A DNA stretch of 64,000 nt. It comes from an uncultured Chloroflexia bacterium. Lineage in GTDB: Bacteria; Chloroflexota; Limnocylindria; Limnocylindrales; CSP1-4. Both the position numbers and the translations under genes were made by a program. The stretch spans positions 352,001-416,000 of the forward strand of contig CAWEZH010000002.1 of assembly GCA_963813535.1 (NCBI GenBank), in the 5' to 3' direction. Positions 31,565-41,937 of the stretch are shown piece by piece (within the stretch, counting starts at the first letter, position 1; every line of letters starts with the position of its first letter). The notes beneath the pieces were generated by a model, which worked only from the letters and a program-made list of their open reading frames with translations, ran no database searches and was not told the origin of the DNA.

Positions 31565-32715
31565 GGCATCGGGTCGATCCGGGCGGCGGTCTGCGTACTC
31601 CCACGCCGGCGTCGACGTCGATGCCGGCGAACGCGCGGTCGAGCTCATGCGCGAGCACGTCGAATTCGACCCGTCGACCGGAGGTCGTCGGTGGCCTGGG
31701 CGGGTTCGGCGGCGCGTTCGCGATCCCGGACGGCTATCGCGAGCCCTTGCTCATCGCGTCGACCGACGGCGTCGGCACGAAGACGGCCATCGCCGCCGCG
31801 GTCGGGCGGTTCGACACGATCGGCATCGACCTCGTCGCGATGTGCGCCGACGACGTGGTATGCACCGGCGCCGAGCCGCTCGCCTTCCTCGACTACCTGG
31901 CCGTCGGCCACCTCGATCCGGTCGGCGTCGCCGAGCTCGTCGGGAGTGTCGCCGCGGGCTGCCGCGAGGCCGGGGCGGCGCTGGTCGGTGGTGAGACCGC
32001 GGAGCACCCGGGACTCATGGAGGTCGACGAGTTCGACCTGGCGGGCTGCTGCATCGGCGTCGTCGAACGCTCCCGGGTCATCGACGGCTCGGCTGCACGG
32101 TCGGGCGACGTGATCGTCGGCCTCATGGCGAGCGGCCTCCACGCGAACGGCTACTCACTGGTCCGCTCGCTGATCGCCGAATGGGATCTCGATCTCGCCG
32201 ATCCGTACCAGGAGCGCCTCCGGCGGACGCTGGGCGACGTCGCGACCGACCGGGCCATCGCCGAGGCGCCGCACGAGACGATGGCCACGCTCGGCGAGGT
32301 GCTGCTGACCCCGACCCGCATCTATGCGAGGGCGGTGCTGGCCACACGCGAGGCGTTGACCACCGCCGGCCACGACATCCACGGCGCTGCACATATCACC
32401 GGTGGCGGGCTGCCGGGCAACGTGCCGCGGGCGCTCCATGAGGGTCTGGGAGCCCGGCTGGACCCCACGCGCTGGTCGATGCCATCGGTGGAGCGCCTGT
32501 TCGGGGCGTTGGGCGGCCTCGACGACATGGAGCTTCGGGCGACGTTCAACGGCGGGCTGGGGATGGTCCTGATCGTCCCGCCTGCGGCGATCCCGGCTGC
32601 TCTCAAGCGACTGGAACAGGACGGCATGCCCGCGCTCGTCGTCGGCGAGGTGGTCGAGGCCGATGCGCTCGACGGGACGCGCTACGCCGAGGGGCCGCTG
32701 GAGTCCGTGGCGTGA
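31557..32715 (+). CDS. purM: AIR synthase, with an apparent +1 frameshift at ~31665
   Basis: N-terminal AYSHAGVDVDAGERAV in one frame; GGLGGFGG, STDGVGTK, GGETAEHPG, HITGGG in another; deleting one T in gaattcg restores HVESTRRPEV. Confidence 0.9.
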
Positions 32716-34955
32716 GCGACGAGGGTCGGACGGCCAGACCGGCGCGGATCGCGGTAGGCGTGTCCGGGGCCGGCTCCAACCTGCGTGCACTGCACGCCGC
32801 AGCGCAGCGTGCCGAGCTCGGCGGCGCGATCGTCCTGGTCTTCGCCGACCGGGCATGCCCGGCGCTCGAATGGGCCCGCGAGCAGGGGATCGACACCGCG
32901 CTGGTCACTGGCGGCGATGACGACACCCTGGCGGAGACGCTCGCCGGGACGCGACCGGACATGGTCGTGCTCGCCGGGTATATGCGGATCATCGGTCCAC
33001 GCGTGCTGGCCGCCTTCCCGCACCGGATCCTGAACACGCATCCGTCGTTGCTGCCGGCGTTCCCCGGCGCGACCGCGATCCGCGACGCCATCGAGCATGG
33101 CGTGCGTCTGACGGGCGTGACGGTCCACGTCGTCGATGCATCGCTCGACGGCGGCCCGATCGTCGCCCAGGAGGGTGTCCCGGTCCTGGCCGATGACGAC
33201 GAGGCGAGCCTGCGTGACCGGATCCAGGCCGTGGAACACCGATTGCTCCCGCACGTCGTCGCGCTCGTCGCGGCCGACGCCGTCGTCGTGGATCCCGAGG
33301 GTCGCCAGGTCGCCATCGACCTCGACGTGGCGGATCGGGCGGTCCCGACACCGCGCCGCGCGTTGCTCTCCGTATCCGACAAGACCGGTCTCATCGACCT
33401 CGGGCGGGGCCTCGTCGCCCGTGGGTTCGAGCTGGTATCGACCGGCGGCACGGCCCGGGCGCTGCGCGACGCGGGTCTTCCCGTCACGGATGTCGCCGCC
33501 GTCACCGGCAGCCCGGAGATGCTCGACGGACGCGTGAAGACGCTGCATCCGCGCGTGCACGCGGGACTCCTGGCCGACCGGCGCCTGGCCGACCATCGCC
33601 AGCAGCTCCTCGCAACGAGCATCGCCCCATTCGAGCTGGTCGTCGTCAACCTCTATCCGTTCGCAGCCGCGCTCGAACGACCGGGCGTCACGATCGATGC
33701 GCTCATCGAGGAGATCGACATCGGTGGGCCGTCGATGGTCCGAGCGGCGGCGAAGAACCACGCGAACGTGGCGATCGTCACGTCCCCGGCGCGCTACGGG
33801 GCGATCCTCGTCGCGCTCGATTCGCCGGCGGGTGTCGACGACCGCCTGCGCCGAGCGCTGGCGCTCGAGGCGTTCGCCCACACCGCGGCATACGACGCCC
33901 GCATCGCCGCGGAGCTACCCAGCCGGTTGGTCGATGCGGGACTGCTCGATGCGCCCGGCGATCCGTATCCGGCGACGCTGACGATCGCGCTGGAGAAGGT
34001 CGAGGCGCTGCGCTACGGCGAGAACCCGCACCAGCCGGCAGCCCGATATCGGCGGCCGGGGTCGACGCTCGCCGACGGTCCCTTCGGCGTCGAGCGCGGC
34101 CCGATCCAGGGCAAGGCGCTCTCGTACAACAACGTCCTCGATGCGGCCGCCGCGTCGGCCCTCGGCCGTGCGCTGCGCGGGCCCGCGGTCGTGATCGTGA
34201 AGCACACCAACCCGTGCGGGGCGGCCGAGCGGACGACCATCCTCGAGGGATGGGAGGCGGCACTGGAAGCCGACCCGGTCAGCGCCTTCGGCGGGGTCGT
34301 GGCGCTCACCCGCGAGGTCGATCGAGCCGTTGCGGTCGCACTGACCTCGATCTTCCTCGAGATCGTCGTCGCGCCGTCCTATACGCCGGAAGCGCTCGAG
34401 GTCCTGGCCTCGAAGGCCAACCTGCGGGTGCTCGTGGACGAAGCTCTTGCCTCGGATGAGCCGGCGACCGCGGCAGTCTCACCGACGGGCGCGATCCGGA
34501 CCGCCGGCGGGGCGGTGCTGGTTACGGCGCCCGACGTCGTCGCCGATGCCACCACGACGTGGACGTGCGCGACCCGTCGTCCGCCCACCGACGAGGAGCA
34601 GCTCGACCTCGACCTCGCCTGGCGCCTGGTCCGTGGTGTGACGTCGAACGCGATCGTGCTCGTGCGCGAGCGGCGGCTCGTCGGGATGGGCAGCGGGCAG
34701 ACGTCCCGCGTCGATGCCGCACGCCAGGCCGTCGCGAAGGCGCACGCGCTGCTCGGTGCCGGCTCGACGGTCGGGGCGGCCTGTGCGAGCGATGCGTTCT
34801 ACCCATTCGCCGATGCGGTCGACGCCTGCCTCGAGGCGGGTGTGCGCGCATTCATCCAGCCCGGCGGGTCGGTGCGCGATGCAGAGGTGATCGAGACCGT
34901 CGATCGCGTCGACGGGACGATGCTGATCACCGGCACCCGACACTTCCGGCACTGA
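32712..34955 (+). CDS. purH: PurN-PurH fusion (GAR transformylase, IMP cyclohydrolase and AICAR transformylase)
   Basis: VSGAGSNL, LAGYMRI, LNTHPSLLPAFPG, LDGGPI, then RALLSVSDKTG, GRVKTLHP, LRYGENPHQ, KHTNPCG, ASDAFYPF, RHFRH in one ORF. Confidence 0.95.
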   Translation: MSDEGRTARPARIAVGVSGAGSNLRALHAAAQRAELGGAIVLVFADRACPALEWAREQGIDTALVTGGDDDTLAETLAGTRPDMVVLAGYMRIIGPRVLAAFPHRILNTHPSLLPAFPGATAIRDAIEHGVRLTGVTVHVVDASLDGGPIVAQEGVPVLADDDEASLRDRIQAVEHRLLPHVVALVAADAVVVDPEGRQVAIDLDVADRAVPTPRRALLSVSDKTGLIDLGRGLVARGFELVSTGGTARALRDAGLPVTDVAAVTGSPEMLDGRVKTLHPRVHAGLLADRRLADHRQQLLATSIAPFELVVVNLYPFAAALERPGVTIDALIEEIDIGGPSMVRAAAKNHANVAIVTSPARYGAILVALDSPAGVDDRLRRALALEAFAHTAAYDARIAAELPSRLVDAGLLDAPGDPYPATLTIALEKVEALRYGENPHQPAARYRRPGSTLADGPFGVERGPIQGKALSYNNVLDAAAASALGRALRGPAVVIVKHTNPCGAAERTTILEGWEAALEADPVSAFGGVVALTREVDRAVAVALTSIFLEIVVAPSYTPEALEVLASKANLRVLVDEALASDEPATAAVSPTGAIRTAGGAVLVTAPDVVADATTTWTCATRRPPTDEEQLDLDLAWRLVRGVTSNAIVLVRERRLVGMGSGQTSRVDAARQAVAKAHALLGAGSTVGAACASDAFYPFADAVDACLEAGVRAFIQPGGSVRDAEVIETVDRVDGTMLITGTRHFRH

Positions 34956-34979
34956 GGCCTCGCCGCCCGGCCGTCGCGG

Positions 34980-35771
34980 TCAGGCTGTCGCGCGGACCGC
35001 CCAGGCGCGAACGGTGAGGTGGATGGAGCCGTCCGGTTCGGTCGGCAAGCGCGCGACCAGGCGCTGGCGCAGGTCCGCCCGATCGGCATCGGACAGGCTC
35101 ATGACGTGGCGCGGTGCCGGAGCGGTGGCCATGAGGAACGGCTGCCAGTAGTCATCGAAGTCCACGAAGACCGCCGGGACGTCGATCGCCCCCACGTCGG
35201 CATCGCCAAGGCCGGCTCGCTGGAAGGCGTCCCGCAAGGGCTCGGGCTTGCAGATCTCGAACCGCAGGGTCTCCGATCGCTCCGCCACGGCCGGGTCCTG
35301 CTCGATGGCGGCGTCCCAGAAGTGCCGCATGATCTGCATCCCCTCGCCGTAGTCCCAGACGTAGATCGCGACCGTGCCACCCGGCCGTGTCGCCCGTCCC
35401 ATGTCGGCGAGCATCGCGACCGGGTCGGGTACGAAGTTCAGGACCAGTCCGGAGACCGCGCCGTCGACGGCGTCGTCGGGTACCGGCAGGGCAGCGCCAT
35501 CGGCGATCTCGAATGCGGCGCGCGGGTCCGTCACTCGCTCGCGCGCGAACTCGACGAACGCTTCCGACGGATCGACGCCCAGCACAGACGTTGGGTCGGC
35601 TCGAGCCAGGATCGTCTCGGTGACGGCGCCCGTGCCACAGCCGACGTCGACCCATCGCCCTCCCGCCGCGATCGCCAGCCCGTCGATGAACTCGACCGCG
35701 ACTCGTCGACTCCAGCGCCCGACGTATCCCTCGTAGCCCGAACCGCTCTGCCAGACGCCGCTGGATGCCAT
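34980..35771 (-). CDS. Class I SAM-dependent methyltransferase
   Basis: YEGYVGRWSR, VDVGCGTGA, GVDPS, SGLVLNFVPDP, RPGG. Confidence 0.9.
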   Translation of the reverse strand: MASSGVWQSGSGYEGYVGRWSRRVAVEFIDGLAIAAGGRWVDVGCGTGAVTETILARADPTSVLGVDPSEAFVEFARERVTDPRAAFEIADGAALPVPDDAVDGAVSGLVLNFVPDPVAMLADMGRATRPGGTVAIYVWDYGEGMQIMRHFWDAAIEQDPAVAERSETLRFEICKPEPLRDAFQRAGLGDADVGAIDVPAVFVDFDDYWQPFLMATAPAPRHVMSLSDADRADLRQRLVARLPTEPDGSIHLTVRAWAVRATA

Positions 35772-35830
35772 GGCCGTGAGTCTAGGGTGACGGTCGGCCC
35801 GAGGGACGCCGCTGCTACCATCGCGCTCCC

Positions 35831-37492
35831 ATGAGCGATCGTCCCCGCTACTACCTGACCACCGCCATCGCGTACGCGAACTCCAAGCCCGGCGTGCACA
35901 CCCTGTACGAGGTGATCGGCGCCGACGTCATCGCGCGGTGGCATCGGATGAAGGGCGACGACACCCGGTTCCTGACCGGCACCGACGAGCATTCGATCAA
36001 CATCGCCCAGGCCGCGGTCGACGAGGGCCGGCCGGCGCGCGAGTTCGTCGACGAGAAGGTCGTGCTGTTCAAGGAAGCCGAGGAGGCACTCGGCATCTCG
36101 CCCGACCGGTTCATCCGGACGACCGACCCCGACCATGTCCGGGCGGCGCAGGAGATGGTCCGGCGCGCGTACGCGAACGGCGATATCTATCTCGGCACGT
36201 ACGAGGGCTGGTACTGCCCGAATGAGGGGTTCCGGAACGCGACCGATGTCGTCGAGACCGCCCGCGGGACCATCTGCCCGAATCACCCGGACGTCCCGCT
36301 CCAGTGGTTGACCGAACGGAACTGGTTCTTCCGGCTTTCGGCCTACCAGGAGCGCCTCGAGCGCCACTTCGCCGACCACCCGGACTTCGTCCAGCCCGAC
36401 TTCCGGCGCAACGAGATGCTCGGCTTCATCCGTGGTGGGCTGGAGGATTTCTCGATCTCGCGCGAGCGCACGCCGGGTGGCTGGGGCATCCCGTTCCCGA
36501 TCGCCGAGAACGGCGAGTCGGCGATGCGCGAGGACGGCTCGTGGGATCCCGAGGCCGGCGTCATCTACGTCTGGTACGACGCGCTGATCAACTACATCAC
36601 CGGCGCCGGCTTCCCGGATGACAAGGTCTCCTTCGAACGATGGTGGCCGGCCGACCTGCATGTCATCGGCAAGGACATCGCCCGGTTCCACACGATCTTC
36701 TGGCCGGCGATGCTCTGGAGCGCGGGCCTCGAGCCTCCGCGGCACGTCTGGGTCCACGGCTGGCTGATGGCTGCCGGCGGCGAGCGGATGAGCAAGAGCC
36801 GCGGGAACTTCATGGACCCCAGCGACTTCGTCGCGGCCTTCGGCAGCGACGGCGCACGCTATGTCGTATTGCGTGAGGTGCCGTTCGACCGTGACGCCGA
36901 GGTGTCATGGGACTCGTTCGTCCGTCGCTACAACGCCGACCTCGCCAACGACTACGGGAACCTCGTGAACCGCACGGTGTCGATGACCGGACGCTACCTC
37001 GACGGCGTGCGGCCGGCACCGCGGCTGGAGCGCGACTCGCCCTTGGCCGAGGGCTGGAACGACACGGTCCGCCAGTACGCCGACGCGCTCGAAGCGTGCC
37101 GACTCCACGACGCATTGGCCGAGCTCTGGGAGTTCGTCGGTGGCGCCAACCGGGTCGTCGACGCGGAGAAGCCCTGGGAGCTGGCGAAGGCGTGGAAGGA
37201 GGGCGACGAGACCGCCGGTGATCGCCTGCGCGGGGTTCTGGGAGATCTCGTCGAGACCTGCCGGCTGGTGGGGCTCGCGGTCGCGCCGTTCATGCCGGCC
37301 ACGGCGCCGCGCGTACAGGCGCAACTGGGCTTCGGCTACGGGTACGGCCCCGATGGCAACGGCGAGTCGTCCATCCTGGGCGAGCTCGAGTGGGGCGCGC
37401 GCGCGAGCGAGGCCGGCCGGGTGGCGGCGCCTGAGCCGCTCTTCCCGCGCCTCGAGGCGGAAGCGGCCGCCGAAGCCGCGGCGGAGGCGTAA
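35831..37492 (+). CDS. metG: Methionine--tRNA ligase (short form, non-canonical HIGH motif)
   Basis: YLTTAIAY, FLTGTDEH, FIRTTD, YVWYDALINY, IGKDIARFH, RMSKSRGN, YNADLANDYGNLVNR. Confidence 0.95.
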   Translation: MSDRPRYYLTTAIAYANSKPGVHTLYEVIGADVIARWHRMKGDDTRFLTGTDEHSINIAQAAVDEGRPAREFVDEKVVLFKEAEEALGISPDRFIRTTDPDHVRAAQEMVRRAYANGDIYLGTYEGWYCPNEGFRNATDVVETARGTICPNHPDVPLQWLTERNWFFRLSAYQERLERHFADHPDFVQPDFRRNEMLGFIRGGLEDFSISRERTPGGWGIPFPIAENGESAMREDGSWDPEAGVIYVWYDALINYITGAGFPDDKVSFERWWPADLHVIGKDIARFHTIFWPAMLWSAGLEPPRHVWVHGWLMAAGGERMSKSRGNFMDPSDFVAAFGSDGARYVVLREVPFDRDAEVSWDSFVRRYNADLANDYGNLVNRTVSMTGRYLDGVRPAPRLERDSPLAEGWNDTVRQYADALEACRLHDALAELWEFVGGANRVVDAEKPWELAKAWKEGDETAGDRLRGVLGDLVETCRLVGLAVAPFMPATAPRVQAQLGFGYGYGPDGNGESSILGELEWGARASEAGRVAAPEPLFPRLEAEAAAEAAAEA

Positions 37493-37515
37493 CGGGGAGA
37501 CCCGACGATGCTCGC

Positions 37516-38307
37516 GTGCGCCTGATCGACTCGCACTGCCACGTCAACGCCGAGCGCTTCGCAGACGACGCCGAGCAGGTCCTCGACGTCGCCCGTGCCG
37601 CCGGTGTCGAGCGGATCCTCGTCCCGGGTTGGAACGTCGCCTCCTGCGAGCGGGCGCGCGGGCTGGCCGCGCGCGTTCCATGGATCGACATCGCGGTCGG
37701 CGTCCACCCGCACGACGCCGCCAAGGTCGACGATGCCGGCTGGCAGTCGGTCCGGAGCTGGGCGCAGGACGACCGTGTCGTCGCCATCGGGGAGACCGGC
37801 CTCGACTACGACCGCGTCTTCAGCCCGATCCCGGATCAGCTCGCCAACCTGCGACGCAACCTCCGACTCGCGGTCGACACCGGCAAGCCGGCCATCCTCC
37901 ATTGCCGTTCCCGAACAGGCGGGCGTGACGCGCAGGATGCCCTGCTCGCCGAGCTGGCCGCGATGGGACCGGCCGTTCCGGGCGTGGTGATCCACAGCTT
38001 CTCGGGGCCGGTCGACTACGCCCGGGCGATGCTCGACCTCGGGGCAGCCATCAGCTTCTCGGGCCTCGTGTTCCGACGGGGAGAAGGGGAGTCCGCCGAC
38101 GTCGCCCGGCTGACCCCGTCGCACCGTCTGCTGGTGGAGACCGATGCCCCGTTCCTCGCCCCGCCGGGTGCGCCGAAGGACCGCAACGAGCCCGAATACG
38201 TGCGTATCACGGCCGACTGGGTCGCCGAGCAGCGCGCGACCTCTCGAGTCGAGCTGGGTGGCGCCCTCATCGGCGCCTACGACGCGGTGTTCGGTGCGAA
38301 GCCGTAG
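37516..38307 (+). CDS. tatD: TatD-family deoxyribonuclease
   Basis: IDSHCH, GVHPH, AIGETGLDY, ILHCR, IHSFSG, LVETDAPFL. Confidence 0.93.
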   Translation: MRLIDSHCHVNAERFADDAEQVLDVARAAGVERILVPGWNVASCERARGLAARVPWIDIAVGVHPHDAAKVDDAGWQSVRSWAQDDRVVAIGETGLDYDRVFSPIPDQLANLRRNLRLAVDTGKPAILHCRSRTGGRDAQDALLAELAAMGPAVPGVVIHSFSGPVDYARAMLDLGAAISFSGLVFRRGEGESADVARLTPSHRLLVETDAPFLAPPGAPKDRNEPEYVRITADWVAEQRATSRVELGGALIGAYDAVFGAKP

Positions 38308-38320
38308 ATGCACCATCAAG

Positions 38321-38350
38321 TTGACAGCGCCCTCTGACGGCCGTTAGGCT
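38321..38350 (+). promoter_or_regulatory. Sigma70-type promoter of groESL
   Basis: TTGACA (38321-38326), 18-nt spacer, TAGGCT (38345-38350). Confidence 0.75.
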
Positions 38351-38355
38351 GGTCC

Positions 38356-38382
38356 TTAGCACTCTGACATAGAGAGTGCTAA
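38356..38382 (+). promoter_or_regulatory. CIRCE element (HrcA operator)
   Basis: Perfect TTAGCACTC-N9-GAGTGCTAA upstream of groES. Confidence 0.97.
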
Positions 38383-38526
38383 TCGCATCGACGGGCCGCC
38401 CTGTGGGGACGCCCGTGGCGATGCAGGGATGAGCAAGGGATCGGCTGACCGCTTCACACCCCGGAACGGTCGCCCACCCGTGAAAACCACGCCGGACGGT
38501 CAGTCCGTCACAGGAGGTACTGCACG

Positions 38527-38841
38527 TTGGCCACTGCCACTGCCAGCAAGACCAAGCTTCGCCCGCTCGGCGACCGCGTGGTCATCGAGCCGACCCCGCG
38601 GGAGGAGATGACCAAGAGCGGCATCGTGCTCCCCGACACCGCCAAGGAGAAGCCCCAGGAGGGCAAGATCATCGCGGCGGGCCCCGGCAAGATCAACGAC
38701 GACGGCAAGCGCGAGCCGATGGACGTCAAGGAAGGCGACAAGGTCCTGTACGCGAAGTACGCCGGGACGGAATTCAAGATCGATGGCGACGAATTCCTGA
38801 TCGTCAGCCAGAAGGACATCCTCGCGGTCGTCGCGGACTGA
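38527..38841 (+). CDS. groES: Co-chaperonin GroES
   Basis: [32 protein letters not shown]; TTG start after AGGAGG. Confidence 0.97.
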   Translation: MATATASKTKLRPLGDRVVIEPTPREEMTKSGIVLPDTAKEKPQEGKIIAAGPGKINDDGKREPMDVKEGDKVLYAKYAGTEFKIDGDEFLIVSQKDILAVVAD

Positions 38842-40548
<1,707 letters not shown>

Positions 40549-40567
40549 CTCCCGACCACGCCACAAC

Positions 40568-40603
40568 GCGAAAGGCCCCGGCGGCGACGCCGGGGCCTTT
40601 CGC
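40568..40603 (+). terminator. Terminator hairpin after groEL
   Basis: 16-bp perfect stem gcgaaaggccccggcg-GCGA-cgccggggcctttcgc. Confidence 0.8.
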
Positions 40604-40661
40604 CGTTCCCGGGCGCGCGCATACTCGTCCGCGCCCATCGACGCTCAGGGGAGGGACGAAG

Positions 40662-41069
40662 ATGTTCCGCATCCGCCGGTTCAACGCCATCAAGACGGCG
40701 ACCGTCGTCGCGCTGATGTACATGCTCATCATCGCGGTGATCGTCGTGCCGTTCCTGCTGTTGTTCGCGGTCGCCGGGGTGTCGGTCAACGGCGGACCCA
40801 ACCAGGGCGGCGGTGTCATCGCGGTGCTCGGGATCGGCGTCTTCCTGATCCTGTTCTACGGCCTGTTGGGCTGGGTGTTCACCGCCATCGCCTGTGTCGT
40901 CTACAACGTCGTGGCCGGCTGGGTCGGCGGGATCGAGGTCCAGGTCGAGGCGGTCGCCCCACCCGCACCGCCACCCGCGTGGATGGCCCCGGGCTCGACG
41001 CCTCCCGGTCCGCCGGCGGCGCCGCCGTCCGATCCGACCGTGCCGCCGCCCTCTGCCCCGGTGCCCTGA
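40662..41069 (+). CDS. Two-TM membrane protein with Pro-rich tail (DUF3566-like)
   Basis: Two hydrophobic segments, YNVVAGWVGGIEV motif, SD-like ggggaggg upstream. Confidence 0.7.
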   Translation: MFRIRRFNAIKTATVVALMYMLIIAVIVVPFLLLFAVAGVSVNGGPNQGGGVIAVLGIGVFLILFYGLLGWVFTAIACVVYNVVAGWVGGIEVQVEAVAPPAPPPAWMAPGSTPPGPPAAPPSDPTVPPPSAPVP

Positions 41070-41108
41070 GCGTTTGACAGGCGCGGCTGGCCCACCGAGG
41101 CTGGCCAC

Positions 41109-41882
41109 ATGCGCCACACCACACGACGCGTCGTCGCGCCGCTGCTCGCGGTCCTGCTCCTGGCCGCCTGCCAGGGCCAGCAGGCGAAGCTACTCGACGA
41201 CCCCGACCAGATCCTGGCGGCGGCCGCGACCACCGCCGCGACCGCGACGAGCGTCCGCGCCGACCTGACTGCCGAAGGCACCGTCGCCCTCGACCCTCTC
41301 GGCACGGGTACGGGCACGCCGGTGGATTTCGCGGGCACGAATCTGACTGCCGACCTCGACCTCCAGTCGGGCAAGACTCGAGCCACGTTCGCCGTTCCCG
41401 CGCTCCTCGGCCTGGCCGGCGAGGTCATCGTCGCGGACGCGGTGTATCTCAAGTCCACGCTGACCGGCCCGAAGTTCCAGTCGATCCCGCTGAGCGGCGA
41501 GTCCCAGCCACCGCTCAAGGGGCTGACCGATCTGCTTGCCCGCACCGACCTCCAGCCGACGAAGGGCGCCGACGTGCCGTGTGCGGGCGGGACGTGCTAC
41601 ACGATCACCCTGCACCTCGACGCCGAGGACCTCGGCGCACTCACCGGCGGAGCCGCGCTGCCCAGCACGCTGCCGATCCCGCTGCCCATCCCCGACCTCG
41701 CCGGCGCCGGTGTCGACCTCACGCTCCAGATCGACCAGGCGACGACCCGGTTGTCCGGCGCCACCGCCGCGCTCGACCTCGGCGATACCGGCGATCTCAC
41801 GATCGAGGGCACGTTCACGAAGTGGAACGAGCCCGTCCAGATCGCCGCACCGCCCGCCGACCAGGTCGAGACCGCCGGTTGA
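41109..41882 (+). CDS. Lipoprotein (LppX/LprAFG-like)
   Basis: Lipobox LLAAC; C-terminal FTKWNEPVQIAAP typical of this fold family. Confidence 0.7.
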   Translation: MRHTTRRVVAPLLAVLLLAACQGQQAKLLDDPDQILAAAATTAATATSVRADLTAEGTVALDPLGTGTGTPVDFAGTNLTADLDLQSGKTRATFAVPALLGLAGEVIVADAVYLKSTLTGPKFQSIPLSGESQPPLKGLTDLLARTDLQPTKGADVPCAGGTCYTITLHLDAEDLGALTGGAALPSTLPIPLPIPDLAGAGVDLTLQIDQATTRLSGATAALDLGDTGDLTIEGTFTKWNEPVQIAAPPADQVETAG

Positions 41883-41937
41883 GCCGAGCGTAAGGGCACC
41901 GGGCCCTCGGTCGCACGCCCCGACCTAGAATGCGGGG

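Noticed and set aside
31655-31675. Programmed frameshift in purM
   Set aside because: No slippery sequence and no precedent known to me; an indel error or mutation is simpler.
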